From positions 1,602 through 65,601 of the forward strand of contig MGTX01000001.1 of NCBI GenBank assembly GCA_001799675.1: 64,000 bases of DNA. Reading direction: 5' to 3'. The position numbers were made by a program, and so were the translations under genes. Numbering within the stretch: position 1 is the first letter of the stretch; the number at the start of each line of letters is the position of its first letter. The notes beneath the pieces are model-generated. The model made no database searches. It saw only the letters and a list, made by a program, of their open reading frames with translations, and had not been told where the DNA came from. Source of the stretch: Elusimicrobia bacterium GWA2_66_18. GTDB lineage: Bacteria > Elusimicrobiota > Elusimicrobia > UBA1565 > UBA9628. Of the stretch, positions 37,891 to 48,126 are shown piece by piece.

Positions 37891-40800
37891 CCGGGCGCGT
37901 GCTCGGCGCTCCCGGTTGCGGGGCGCGAGCCTTCCTCGCGCGGCGCATCCTCGCCGGTCGCGCGCCCGTCGGTCTCGAACCCCCCCGGGGACCCCTCGTC
38001 CTGGTCCTGCCGGACGCCGACGCCGTCGAGGACGTCGCCGACGCCGTCAAGGCGCTCCTGCCCCTCTTCGCGGGGCAGGCGGAGGTCTGCGCCGTCTTCG
38101 GCGACGACCCGCGCGAGCGCCTGGCGTCCTTGGAACTCCTGCGGGTCGGCGCGCGTTTGGCTCTGGCCACCGCCGAGGGCCTCGCCGCGCCCGCGCACCC
38201 GCCGTCCGACTTCTCCGCGCGCACGGTGCGCTTTCGCTGCGGCGACCGAAGTCCGCGCGACAGCACCATCGAAGCGCTCGCCGCCGCCGGATATCAGCGC
38301 GTGGATTTCGTCGAGAGCCCCGGCGAATACGCGGTGCGCGGCGCGGTCCTGGACTTTCACGCCCTGGAGCCGGCCGTCGCCTACCGCGTGCTCTACGATG
38401 AGGACCGGATCGCCTCGATTAGGCCCTTCGATCCCTTGTCGCAGGAGCCCGAGGCGGTGGTCGCCCTGGCGGTCGCGACCCCCGCGGAGGAGCCGGCCCA
38501 AGGGGGGCGCGTCGCGGACTGGCTCCGGGACGGGGCCCTCTGGCTCGTCTGCGAAGGCGTCGAGGTTCCGGTCCCCGAGGGCGCGCGCGTCCTGACTCTC
38601 GGCGGCCTCGTCGAGAGCGGCTCGGGCGATGCGGACTTCGGGGCTCGTCCCATCGGGCCTTTCGCCTGCGATCCGCGCAACGCCTGGGTCGAGATGCGCC
38701 GCGACGCCGAGGCGGGCCGCCGGGTCGTCCTCTTCAGCCTCAACGCGGGCGAGGACGCCCGCCTGCAGGAGCTCTTGGCCGCGGAGCTGCCCCACGGCGC
38801 GGCCCAGTTCCTGATCGGCCCCCTGCGCGAGGGCTTCCGGCTCGAGACCGAGGGCTTGGCGCTGTACACGACCTCCCAGATCTTCGAGCGCGATTGGCGC
38901 GGGGTCAGCCGTTGGAAGCGCTTCGCGGCCAAGGGCGCGCAGACCGTGCGCTGGCGCGAATTGCGCCAGGGAGACTACGTCGTCCATCAGGAATACGGCG
39001 TGGCGCGCTACTCGGGCATGGAGCCCGTTTCGGTGCCGGGCCATGGCGCGCAGGACTGCGTGAAGCTCGAGTTTCGCGGCTCGGATCGGCTGTACGTGCC
39101 GCTCACCGAGTTCGACCGCATCCAGAAATACGCGGGAGTGGAGGGCAAACGCCCGCGCCTGTCCAGCCTCGACACCCGCACCTGGGAGGAGGTCAAGCGG
39201 CAGGTCGTCGAGGGCGCGCGGGAGCTGGCCGAGGAACTCCTCAAGCTCCAGGCCAAGAGGAAGACGTGCGTCGGGCATGCCTTCGCGTCGGAGGGCATGA
39301 TGGAGCGCGAGTTCGCGGCCTCCTTCCCCTTCGAGCCGACCGAGGACCAGGCCCGCGCCATCCGCGAGACGCTGGAGGACATGACGTCTCCGCGCCCCAT
39401 GGACCGCCTCGTCGTCGGAGACGTGGGCTTCGGCAAGACCGAGGTCGCCATGCGCGCGGCCTTCAAGTGCGTGATGGGCCTTAAGCAGTGCGCCGTCCTC
39501 GCCCCCACGACCGTGCTCGCCGACCAGCACTTGCGCACCTTCACCAAGCGCATGGCGGGCTTCCCGGTCAAGCTCGCGATCATGACCCGCTTCCAGACCA
39601 AGGCGGAGCAGAACCGGACCCTGGCCGAGCTCAAGGCGGGCAAGGTGGACGTCGTGATCGGGACCGCGCGGCTCCTGCAGAAGGACGTGCGCTTCCACGA
39701 CCTGGGCCTGGTGGTCGTCGACGAAGAGCACCGTTTCGGCGTGGCGGACAAGGAACGCCTCAAGAAGGTCCGCATCAACGCCGACATCCTGTCGCTGTCG
39801 GCCACGCCCATCCCGCGCTCCCTCCACCAGGCGATGACGGGACTGCGCGGCATCTCGCTGATACAGACCGCGCCGACGGGCCGCCAGCCGATCGTGACCC
39901 GGGTGGGGCCCTGGGATGAGCGCGTGGTTTCGACGGCGCTCGCCGAGGAACTCGCGCGCGGCGGCCAGGCCTACTACGTGCACAACCGCGTGCGCTCCAT
40001 GGCCGACGCCCTGGAGACCGTCCAGCGCCTCTGCGGCGGCGCGCGGGTGGCCATGGTCCACGGCCGGATGCGCCCGCGCGAGATCGAGGCGGCCATGTGG
40101 GACTTCGCCCAGCGCAAGTCCGACGTGCTGTTGGCCTCCACCATCATCGAGTCGGGCCTCGACATCCCGACGGTGAACACCCTGCTCGTCGAGGACGCCC
40201 AGGACTTCGGCCTGGCCCAGCTCTATCAACTGCGCGGACGCATCGGCCGCGAACGCCAGCGCGCCTACTGCTGGCTCTTCCATCCGCCGCAAAGCGCCCT
40301 CAAGGACCTTCCCGAGGACGCGCGCAAGCGCCTGGAGGCGCTCAAGGAGTTCGGCTCGCTCGGCGCGGGAATCAAGCTTGCGATGCGGGATCTCGAGATC
40401 CGCGGAGCCGGGGACCTCCTCGGCGCCAAGCAGCACGGCTTCATGAACGCCGTCGGCGCGGATTACTACTCCCAGATATTGGAGAGCGAGATCGCGCGCC
40501 TGCGCGGCCAGGCCCCCGAGGACGACCGCGCCGTCTCCATCGACTTGCGTTTGCCGGCCTACATTCCCCAGGACTATCTGCCCGGGGAGATCGAAAGATT
40601 GAAAGTCTACAAGCGGGCGCTCAAGGCCGCTCCTGGAGAGGCCGAGTTGATTCTCGAGGAATTGGAGCGGCTGTCCGGGCCGGCGCCGCAGGCGGTGCGC
40701 AATCTCTTCGAGCTGATCTGCCTGCGCGCCGCCGCTCGGCGCGCGAAGATCGAGTCCATCGTGGAGTTGGAGAAGGCCGTGGAGATCCGGTTCCGGACGG

Positions 40801-40955
40801 ACGCGCCGCCGTCGCCGCAAGCGCTGGCCCGCTGGATGCAGGCCTTCGCCGGCCGCATCGCCTTCGTGCCCGACTCGATGGAAGGCGACGCGGTCAGATT
40901 GTCCCTCGACGACCGCGCCGCCGCGCAGGCCGTGCGGGAGTTCCTCGCCGCATGA
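37887..40955 (+). CDS. mfd: Transcription-repair coupling factor
   Basis: CarD/TRCF GDYVVH, GDVGFGKT, DEEHRFGV, SATPIPR, QLRGRIGR, RDLEIRGAG. Confidence 0.93.
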   Translation: MTGRVLGAPGCGARAFLARRILAGRAPVGLEPPRGPLVLVLPDADAVEDVADAVKALLPLFAGQAEVCAVFGDDPRERLASLELLRVGARLALATAEGLAAPAHPPSDFSARTVRFRCGDRSPRDSTIEALAAAGYQRVDFVESPGEYAVRGAVLDFHALEPAVAYRVLYDEDRIASIRPFDPLSQEPEAVVALAVATPAEEPAQGGRVADWLRDGALWLVCEGVEVPVPEGARVLTLGGLVESGSGDADFGARPIGPFACDPRNAWVEMRRDAEAGRRVVLFSLNAGEDARLQELLAAELPHGAAQFLIGPLREGFRLETEGLALYTTSQIFERDWRGVSRWKRFAAKGAQTVRWRELRQGDYVVHQEYGVARYSGMEPVSVPGHGAQDCVKLEFRGSDRLYVPLTEFDRIQKYAGVEGKRPRLSSLDTRTWEEVKRQVVEGARELAEELLKLQAKRKTCVGHAFASEGMMEREFAASFPFEPTEDQARAIRETLEDMTSPRPMDRLVVGDVGFGKTEVAMRAAFKCVMGLKQCAVLAPTTVLADQHLRTFTKRMAGFPVKLAIMTRFQTKAEQNRTLAELKAGKVDVVIGTARLLQKDVRFHDLGLVVVDEEHRFGVADKERLKKVRINADILSLSATPIPRSLHQAMTGLRGISLIQTAPTGRQPIVTRVGPWDERVVSTALAEELARGGQAYYVHNRVRSMADALETVQRLCGGARVAMVHGRMRPREIEAAMWDFAQRKSDVLLASTIIESGLDIPTVNTLLVEDAQDFGLAQLYQLRGRIGRERQRAYCWLFHPPQSALKDLPEDARKRLEALKEFGSLGAGIKLAMRDLEIRGAGDLLGAKQHGFMNAVGADYYSQILESEIARLRGQAPEDDRAVSIDLRLPAYIPQDYLPGEIERLKVYKRALKAAPGEAELILEELERLSGPAPQAVRNLFELICLRAAARRAKIESIVELEKAVEIRFRTDAPPSPQALARWMQAFAGRIAFVPDSMEGDAVRLSLDDRAAAQAVREFLAA

Positions 40956-40990
40956 GCGTCTTTCATCTCGGAAATGATAAGATGGATCCG

Positions 40991-41812
40991 GTGAAAAAAG
41001 CCCTCTTTTTGGCGTCGTTGCTGCTTCTGGCCGCCTGCCGCGCGGAGAAGGACGCCGTGCTGGCTCGCGTCGGCAAGCTCAAGATCACGCAGTCCGAGTT
41101 CCAGCGCAAGATCGGCGAGGTCTCCCAGGGTTATCAGGATTATGTCCTGACCCCGAGCGGCCGCCGTCAATTCCTAGACGTGCTCGTGCGCGAGAAACTG
41201 GTGCTGGTCGCGGCCCAGCAGTCCGACGTGCCCCGTTCCGCGGACTTCCGCGCCCGGCTCGAGCAGCTGCGTCGCGACGAGGAGGCTCGGGTGCGCGAGG
41301 GCGGAGAGGCCCTGCTCACCATGATGTGGCTCGAGGACCTGCGCAAGCGAGGCTCCATCCACCCCTCCGATGATGAGGTTCGCGCCTATATGACGAAGTA
41401 TCCCGACGAGGTGGAGATACGACACATCCTGCTCGCTTCTCCCGAGAAGGCCGAGACGGTCGCCAAGCTCCTGCGCGGCGGAGCCAATTTCGCCAAGGTG
41501 GCGCAGAAGGAATCTTTGGACGCGGCCACCGCGTCGTCGGGAGGCCGCTTCCCGCCGTTGCTCTACGGAGAGATTCTCCCGGAGTTGGAGGAGGTCGTCT
41601 TGCGCATGCGCCAGGGAGAGATCGGGGGCCCGCTGAAGAGCAAGTTCGGCTACCACGTCCTGCGCAAGGACACCGAGCGCAAGCTCTCCTACGACAAAGA
41701 AGAGTCGCGCGAGCGGGTCGCGCGCCTGCTCGAGAAGCAGAAGTTGGACCGCTACCTTCAGCAAGTCCAGGAGAAGTTCCCGGTGGAGGTCATCGATGAA
41801 CAGTTCAAATAG
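40991..41812 (+). CDS. PpiC-type peptidyl-prolyl isomerase lipoprotein (PrsA-like)
   Basis: MKKALFLASLLLLAA-C lipobox; IRHILL, SKFGYHV. Confidence 0.85.
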   Translation: MKKALFLASLLLLAACRAEKDAVLARVGKLKITQSEFQRKIGEVSQGYQDYVLTPSGRRQFLDVLVREKLVLVAAQQSDVPRSADFRARLEQLRRDEEARVREGGEALLTMMWLEDLRKRGSIHPSDDEVRAYMTKYPDEVEIRHILLASPEKAETVAKLLRGGANFAKVAQKESLDAATASSGGRFPPLLYGEILPELEEVVLRMRQGEIGGPLKSKFGYHVLRKDTERKLSYDKEESRERVARLLEKQKLDRYLQQVQEKFPVEVIDEQFK

Positions 41813-42920
41813 GGGCGAACGCGTCGCGGCGGTCCTGCTCATGCTGGCCGCGGCGTGCGGCACGGCGGCCGCCGCCGCCAAGACCAAGATGGAGGACACC
41901 GTCGCCGTCGTCAACGGGACCCCCATCCTCCTCAGCGAGTACCAGAAAGAGGCGTCCACCGCCCTCGACTACTGGTCCAAGACCAACCCCGCGGCCATGG
42001 CCGATCCCGTCAACGCGCGCAAGATCCGCGAGAACACGCTGGAGGAGCTGATCACCCGCGAATTGCTCGTCCAAGAGGGCCAGAAGCTGAAGCTGAAGGT
42101 CCGCGAGCGCGAAATCGAGAATGCCGTCGACGAGATCAAGGCGCGTTTCAAGAAGGACGAGACCGGCCGCCTTCTCACCGAAGCGCAGGCCGACGAGACC
42201 TTCCAACGGCAACTCCAGAACGAGGGACTGGACTTCGGCCGCTTCCGCGAGCGCCTGTCGCGCCAGATCCTGGCGCGCAAGGTCATCGACGAGCAGGTCA
42301 AGGCCCGGACCGCGCCTGCCGCCGAGAAGGAGGTCCGGGACTATTTCGAGAAGATCAAGTCCTACATCGCGTCCAAGAGCACCGAGGCGCCCAAGGGGTT
42401 GGACGAGGAGGAAGGGCTGGCCCTGCGCGAGGCGGCCGCCCAGGTCAAGACCATGAGCTCGGAGCGGGTGCGCGTCTACCGCATTCTCATCCGGGTCTCC
42501 GCGTCCGCCACCGACAACGAGCGCAAGCGAGCGCTCAAGACCGCCGCGGAGATCAAGAGGCGTCTCGACGGCGGCGAGGAATTCACCAAGGTCGCCAAGG
42601 AGGAGTCCGAGGAACCGGAAAGCGCGGCGCGAGGCGGAGACATCGGCTACGTCCTGCGCGGCGTCGCGCCGCCCGAGTTGGAGAAGGCCGTCTTCTCCAT
42701 GGGCGTCGGCGAAATCAGCGCTCCGATTGCGACCGAGGTCGGCTACCACATCGTCCGCGTGACCGAGAAGCGCGCGGACGAGACGCCGGACTTCGACCGC
42801 TTCAAGGACGATCTGGCCAATTTCCTCGGCAACGTGTCCTTTCAGAAGCGCCTGGAGTCTTTCGTGCAGGGCTTGCGCGAGAAGTCGGTCATTGAGCGCC
42901 ATCTCCCGACGACCCCTTAA
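41796..42920 (+). CDS. SurA-like chaperone/PPIase
   Basis: VAVVNGTPIL SurA N-domain; GGDIG, GYHIVRV; precedes pdxA as surA does. Confidence 0.85.
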   Translation: MNSSNRGERVAAVLLMLAAACGTAAAAAKTKMEDTVAVVNGTPILLSEYQKEASTALDYWSKTNPAAMADPVNARKIRENTLEELITRELLVQEGQKLKLKVREREIENAVDEIKARFKKDETGRLLTEAQADETFQRQLQNEGLDFGRFRERLSRQILARKVIDEQVKARTAPAAEKEVRDYFEKIKSYIASKSTEAPKGLDEEEGLALREAAAQVKTMSSERVRVYRILIRVSASATDNERKRALKTAAEIKRRLDGGEEFTKVAKEESEEPESAARGGDIGYVLRGVAPPELEKAVFSMGVGEISAPIATEVGYHIVRVTEKRADETPDFDRFKDDLANFLGNVSFQKRLESFVQGLREKSVIERHLPTTP

Positions 42921-43842
42921 GACCCTCGCCTTCACCTGCGGCGATCCCGCGGGCGTAGGGCCTCAGACGGTCATCGCCGCTCTGCGCGCCCGCGCCCTGC
43001 CCGCGGACGTGGCTCCGGTCTTGGTGGGCGAGAGCTCCGTCTGGCGCCGCGCCGGCTGGCGTTCCACCGACGGCCCCATCCGGGACACCTCGCTGGGCCT
43101 CAAGCCGCCTCCTCCGGGCGTGGCGGGCGCCGTCGGCGGACGCCTCTCCGCCGCCGCCTTCGAAGAAGCCCTGAGGCTCGTCGCCCAAGGGCTCGCGGCG
43201 GGGATCGTCACCGCGCCCATCTCCAAGGAGTCTTGGGCCGCGGCGGGCTATCCTTGGCGCGACCATACGCAGCGTTTGGAGGCCTGCGGGCAGGACGGCG
43301 CGGAGATGGTTCTCGGCGTGCCGTCGCGCGGGCTCTGGTGCGCGTTGGCGACGCGCCATTTGTCTCTCAAGGAGGCGGTCCGCCGCGTCGGCGCGCGAGA
43401 GATTTCGTCGGCCGCGCGCGCTCTGGCCTCGGCCCTGCGGCGGCTGGGCAAACCGCGCCCGCGCCTGGCCCTCTGCGCGCTGAACCCTCACGGCGGCGAG
43501 CAGGGGCTCATCGGCCGCGAGGAGGGGGAGAGGCTGGCTCCCGCGGCCGCGGCCCTGCGCCGCCGGGGACTGCTCCTCGACGGGCCCCTGCCCGCGGATT
43601 CGGCCTGGCGCCTGCACTGCGAAGGCGCCTACGACGGGCTGGTCTGTCTTTACCACGACCAGGCCCTGATTCCGCTGAAGGTCGCGGGCGGACTGGGGGG
43701 GGTCAATTGGACGATGGGCCCGCCCTTCGTGCGCGTGTCCGCCGCTCACGGCGCGGCCTGGGACGCGGCCCGTTTCGGGGTGGCGGATGCCTCCGGGATG
43801 ATCGAGGCCGCGCGTCTGGCGGCGCGGCTGCTCAGTCTTTGA
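42892..43842 (+). CDS. pdxA: 4-hydroxythreonine-4-phosphate dehydrogenase PdxA family
   Basis: GDPAGVGP, TAPISK, LNPHGGE, GPLPADS, YHDQALIPLK. Confidence 0.88.
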   Translation: MSAISRRPLKTLAFTCGDPAGVGPQTVIAALRARALPADVAPVLVGESSVWRRAGWRSTDGPIRDTSLGLKPPPPGVAGAVGGRLSAAAFEEALRLVAQGLAAGIVTAPISKESWAAAGYPWRDHTQRLEACGQDGAEMVLGVPSRGLWCALATRHLSLKEAVRRVGAREISSAARALASALRRLGKPRPRLALCALNPHGGEQGLIGREEGERLAPAAAALRRRGLLLDGPLPADSAWRLHCEGAYDGLVCLYHDQALIPLKVAGGLGGVNWTMGPPFVRVSAAHGAAWDAARFGVADASGMIEAARLAARLLSL

Positions 43843-43891
43843 CGGCGCAGCCCTTGGCCTTCAGCTTGCGGGCGAGGATGGACCGATTCCA

Positions 43892-43921
43892 TTGACAAAT
43901 CAAGGGGCGGGGGGATACACT
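43892..43921 (+). promoter_or_regulatory. Sigma70-type promoter, leaderless configuration
   Basis: TTGACA-18-TACACT, with ATG 6 nt later. Confidence 0.65.
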
Positions 43922-43927
43922 GCCGAG

Positions 43928-45544
43928 ATGAGCCGCGTCCCGCGCGCCCTTGCGTTGCTCCTGCTGTTTTGCGCCTCTTTTGCCTGCGTGGAAGAGGGGA
44001 ATGCGGGTGCAGACGCCGGCAAAGCGGCAGCCGCCGCCCCGGCGCAGGAGGCGGAGCGCTCCGCGCTCTTCGCCAAGGAGGCGGCCGACGCCCTGCGCGC
44101 GCAGGACTATCCCGCCGCCTATCAACAGGCCTCGCGCGCCATCGAGCTCAACGCGCGGAACGCCCAGGCGCTCAACTATCGCGCCGTGGCGCTGATCCAT
44201 CTCAATCGCCATCAAGAGGCCGTGCAGGACGCCGGCGCGGCGCTCATTCTCGCGCCGGGCAACGCGGCCATCCTGCAGACGCGCTCTCAAGCGTTATCCC
44301 ATCAAGGAAAGTACCAGGAAGGCCTCATGGATGCGGACGCGACGCTCCAGCGCGACGCGGCCAACGCCTTCGCCTATGAGAGCAAGGCCTTCGCCCTGGC
44401 CGGGCTCCATGAGAATTCGGCCGCGCTCGAGGCCCTGCGCAGCGCCGCCGGGATCGATCCTCGTTTCCAGGGGCGCCTGGAGCGGGCGTTGCAGTTGCCC
44501 CAGGACACAGACCTGACCCTCCTCTTCGATGACGGAGCGGCCGCCCCCGCTCAGGGCTTGAGTCCGAGACGCTTCGCGCGCCTGGCCGTGTTGACCGCGG
44601 TCGGGGGACTTCTCATCGCCCTCGCGGTCCTGCACATCGCGTCGGCCTCCTGGCGCGACCAGGTGCGCATGACCGTGCGCAGGGCGCTCGCACCCGCGGC
44701 CGACTCCGGGAACGCGCCGGCTCCGGGGGACGCCTTCTGGACCCAGTATGAGTTGGTCAAGGAGATCGGCCTGGGCGGGATGGGCGTCGTCTACGACGCC
44801 CGGGATCGCGCTCTCGAGCGCCGTGTGGCGGTCAAGAAGATGCGCGACGAGATCCGCCTGGACCCGCAGGAACGCCGGAGCTTCGTGCGCGAGGCCCGTC
44901 TCGTGGCCCAGCTTCACCACCCGGGGATCGCGGACATCTACGGCATCGTCGAGGACGGCCCCGATATCTATCTGGTCTTCGAGTTCGTCGAGGGGCGCAC
45001 ACTCCAGGACGCGCTGAAGTCCTCGGGGCCTTTGGAATTGACGCGGGCGCGGGCCATCCTCAAGGAGATGGCCGCCGCCGTCGAGCACGCCCACGAGCGC
45101 GGCGTCATCCACCGCGATCTCAAGCCCTCGAACGTGATGCTGACGCCCGAAGGCCGCGTGAAGGTCATGGACTTCGGCGTGGCGCGCCAGGCCAAGGACA
45201 CGCTGGCCAAGCTCTCCGGCGCCGACACCGTCGCGGGCACCCCGTCCTACATGGCGCCCGAGCAGGAGCAAGGCGCCGCGCGCAGGGAGTCCGACGTTTA
45301 CGCCCTGGGCGTATGCCTTTATGAGATGCTGACCGGTTCTCTTCCTTTCTCCGGCAGCGGCGCGGTCATGCTCCTTAATAAGCTCACCGGCAAGCACATC
45401 CCGCCCACCCAGCGGGCCCCCTGCCTGCCGCAGGCGTTGGACTTGCTCATGGCCGTCGCCCTGGCCCCCGACCCCGACCAGCGCTACAAGACTCCGGCCG
45501 AACTAGTCGCGGCCCTCGAAATCATTCCCGTCGCGCGCGCCTGA
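43928..45544 (+). CDS. TPR-TM-Ser/Thr protein kinase
   Basis: Signal peptide, TPRs, TM, IGLGGMGVVY, HRDLKPSN, DFG, GTPSYMAPEQ. Confidence 0.92.
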   Translation: MSRVPRALALLLLFCASFACVEEGNAGADAGKAAAAAPAQEAERSALFAKEAADALRAQDYPAAYQQASRAIELNARNAQALNYRAVALIHLNRHQEAVQDAGAALILAPGNAAILQTRSQALSHQGKYQEGLMDADATLQRDAANAFAYESKAFALAGLHENSAALEALRSAAGIDPRFQGRLERALQLPQDTDLTLLFDDGAAAPAQGLSPRRFARLAVLTAVGGLLIALAVLHIASASWRDQVRMTVRRALAPAADSGNAPAPGDAFWTQYELVKEIGLGGMGVVYDARDRALERRVAVKKMRDEIRLDPQERRSFVREARLVAQLHHPGIADIYGIVEDGPDIYLVFEFVEGRTLQDALKSSGPLELTRARAILKEMAAAVEHAHERGVIHRDLKPSNVMLTPEGRVKVMDFGVARQAKDTLAKLSGADTVAGTPSYMAPEQEQGAARRESDVYALGVCLYEMLTGSLPFSGSGAVMLLNKLTGKHIPPTQRAPCLPQALDLLMAVALAPDPDQRYKTPAELVAALEIIPVARA

Positions 45545-45593
45545 GCCGCGCGGGGCCGATGGGTAAAAGCGCGGTAAAAGCAACTCGTTTGCC

Positions 45594-45622
45594 TTGACAA
45601 CTTCCGGGGGTCCCCTTACACT
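45594..45622 (+). promoter_or_regulatory. Sigma70-type promoter, leaderless configuration
   Basis: TTGACA-17-TACACT, with ATG 7 nt later. Confidence 0.65.
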
Positions 45623-45629
45623 TGCGGAT

Positions 45630-48074
45630 ATGAGCCCCCTCTGCCTTCCCGCCTTCCTGCTGTCAGCCGTTCTCTGCGCGCCGTCCTTGGGGGGCCACGA
45701 CCATCATGGCGCGCCCATCGCCGCGCAGGACCAGGTGCCGGTGGAGGAGGCCCGGAGGCGGTGGCGCGCGGATGTCGAAAGTTTAAGCAAGCAGCATCCC
45801 TGGGGGGAGCGCTACTTCACTCAGATTCTCGACAAGCTGGAAGCGCGCCTTCAGAGGCAGGGGATCGCCACGGTCAACCGCGGAGAAATCGATATGGTCG
45901 GCGGCATGATCGAGCTTGAGATCGAGAAGCGCCGGCAGGAACGCGGGGCCAAGCTCCTCCCCGAGGACCAGCGCGCCGAGGCGCTGGCCCGCATCGAGGC
46001 GTCCTACAACGAGAAGATGAATAAATTCCCCGGCGGCAAGGTCATGGACGATCTCCATTCCGCCATCCACGACGCCTCCCGATTATTCCATCGCGGCCCC
46101 AGGCCCAATCCGGACATCCCGAGCGGTCTGCCCAGCGGCGGCCATCTCGACCACATGGCAGGCCAGTCGCCCGATGACCCGGATGTCGCGCGCCTGCAGG
46201 CTCAGCAGAAGCTGGCTTCCGGAGACCTCTCCGGGGCCCTGAAGGCCGCCGTGCGCGCCGTGGACCTGGGCGGCGGAGCCGAGGCGCTGGCCACGCGCGG
46301 CGATATCCTGTACCGGATGGGGGACTATCAGAAGGCGAACGATGACGCGCGCGCGGCTCTGCGACTGGACCCGGGCAACGCCGAGGCGATGTCTCTTGCC
46401 CATGCGACCGATGGGCGGGCCGGGGCCGCCGGCTCTTCGCCGGAACGTTTTTCCCTGGGGAGCGCCGCGTCCCGCGGGGAGGGCGGCTTTGCGCCGCGCG
46501 CCGGCCTTCCGGCGGGAGGAGATTCCTCGCGCCGTTCGGCCGAGCAGGCCGCGCGGCAGGGGGAGAACGCGTTCCGGTTGGGCGATAACGCGGGGGCGCT
46601 CTCCTATGCCAATCGCGGCCTCGAGCAGTCTCCGGGAGATCTTTATCTGTTGGCCCTGCGCGCCGCGATCTACTCGCGTCGGCGCGAGTACGACAAGGCG
46701 GAGGCGGACGCCAATCATGGGTTGGAGAAAGACTCCCAGAACCTGACGCTCCTGCGCGCCAAGGCCTTCGCCCAGAACCGGGGCAAGCGTTGGAAGGATG
46801 CCGTGGCGACTTCGAACCACCTGCTGGAGCTCAACCCCAACGACCCTTACGGCTACGCCTATCGCGCCCACGCTTACGCCGGTTTGGGCGAAAAGGACGC
46901 GATGATGGCCGACATCGAGCGCGCGGCCCGCTCCGATCCCCGGTTCGGCGACGCGGTCCGTCAAGCCGCCGGCCTCCAACTCCCTTCGGACGCCGATATT
47001 TTTTTCCTCTTTCCAGGAGAAACCGCGTCCGGCGCGACCGCGGCAGCCCCGGCCCCCTCGGGACGGGCCCGGAGTTTAGGTCTCCTGGCGGGAGCAAGCG
47101 CGCTCGGGGGACTTCTCCTCGCTTTAGGCCTGCTTCGGAGCGTGCTGGCGCCCCTCAAGGACCAAGTCGTCTCGGTCCTCACCCGGGTCACGCGCACCGG
47201 CCCTCAGGTGGGGGCGCTCCAGACGCCGGAACGGCTCCACGGATCCCTGCCGGGCCTAATCCGAGGGCAGTACGAGATTGCCCGCCAGATCGGCGCGGGC
47301 GGCATGGGCATGGTCTTCGAGGGCACGGACCGCTTCCTGGGCCGGCGCGTGGCCATCAAGAAGATGCGCGATGAGATCCGCCATGACGCGCGCGAGCGCG
47401 CCCGCTTCGTGACGGAGGCCAAGACCGTCGCGACCCTCCACCATCCCGGCATCGTGGACATCTACGCCATCGTCGAGGATGGAGAGGATATCTTCCTCGT
47501 CTTCGAGTATGTGGACGGCAAGACCGTGCACGAGTTGGTCCAGTCCCAAGGCGGTTTGGAGCCGGGCCAAGCCCTGCGCATCGTGCGCGAGGCGGCCTCC
47601 GCCCTGGAATACGCCCATTCGTGCGGGGTCATCCACCGCGATATGAAGCCCTCGAACGTGATGGTGGACTCCGCAGGTCGGGTCAAGGTCATGGACTTCG
47701 GCATCGCCCGAGCGGCCAAGGACGCCATGACCCGCTGCTCCGTCACCAGCACCGTCGTCGGCACCCCGCCCTACATGGCGCCCGAGCAGGAACAGGGACA
47801 GGTTCGCCGCGAGTCCGACGTCTACGCCCTGGCCGTTTGCGCTTACGAGATGCTGACCGGCAAGCTCCCCTTCATCGGCGTCGGCGCAGGCATGCTGCTC
47901 AACAAGATCAACATGAGCTACGTGCCGCCCGCGCGCCAGAAGCCGGGCTTGCCGCCGACCCTGGACGCGGTTTTCGAGCGGGCCTTCCAGGCCGATCCGG
48001 ATAAACGCTATCGCACCCCGGCCGCTTTCTCGGCGGCCATAGAGTCCGCCGTTCCGACGTCCGCCCGCGCCTGA
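45630..48074 (+). CDS. TPR-TM-Ser/Thr protein kinase (paralog of previous gene)
   Basis: Signal peptide, TPRs, TM, IGAGGMGMVF, HRDMKPSN, DFG, GTPPYMAPEQ. Confidence 0.92.
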   Translation: MSPLCLPAFLLSAVLCAPSLGGHDHHGAPIAAQDQVPVEEARRRWRADVESLSKQHPWGERYFTQILDKLEARLQRQGIATVNRGEIDMVGGMIELEIEKRRQERGAKLLPEDQRAEALARIEASYNEKMNKFPGGKVMDDLHSAIHDASRLFHRGPRPNPDIPSGLPSGGHLDHMAGQSPDDPDVARLQAQQKLASGDLSGALKAAVRAVDLGGGAEALATRGDILYRMGDYQKANDDARAALRLDPGNAEAMSLAHATDGRAGAAGSSPERFSLGSAASRGEGGFAPRAGLPAGGDSSRRSAEQAARQGENAFRLGDNAGALSYANRGLEQSPGDLYLLALRAAIYSRRREYDKAEADANHGLEKDSQNLTLLRAKAFAQNRGKRWKDAVATSNHLLELNPNDPYGYAYRAHAYAGLGEKDAMMADIERAARSDPRFGDAVRQAAGLQLPSDADIFFLFPGETASGATAAAPAPSGRARSLGLLAGASALGGLLLALGLLRSVLAPLKDQVVSVLTRVTRTGPQVGALQTPERLHGSLPGLIRGQYEIARQIGAGGMGMVFEGTDRFLGRRVAIKKMRDEIRHDARERARFVTEAKTVATLHHPGIVDIYAIVEDGEDIFLVFEYVDGKTVHELVQSQGGLEPGQALRIVREAASALEYAHSCGVIHRDMKPSNVMVDSAGRVKVMDFGIARAAKDAMTRCSVTSTVVGTPPYMAPEQEQGQVRRESDVYALAVCAYEMLTGKLPFIGVGAGMLLNKINMSYVPPARQKPGLPPTLDAVFERAFQADPDKRYRTPAAFSAAIESAVPTSARA

Positions 48075-48126
48075 ATTCCGAGAAGCCCTTGCCGACGGTC
48101 TCCAGGGCTGTTATACTCTTTGTGTC

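Noticed and set aside
37284..40820. 1178-aa minus-strand ORF, and similar long antisense ORFs (12374-14056, 33188-35068, 56624-58192)
   Set aside because: Antisense shadows of well-supported genes (mfd, korA, PBP1A, fixC), expected at high GC3; no recognisable motifs
40097..40990. Long N-terminal extension of the PPIase ORF in the ORF track
   Set aside because: Overlaps mfd in another frame; the signal peptide and lipobox start at GTG 40991
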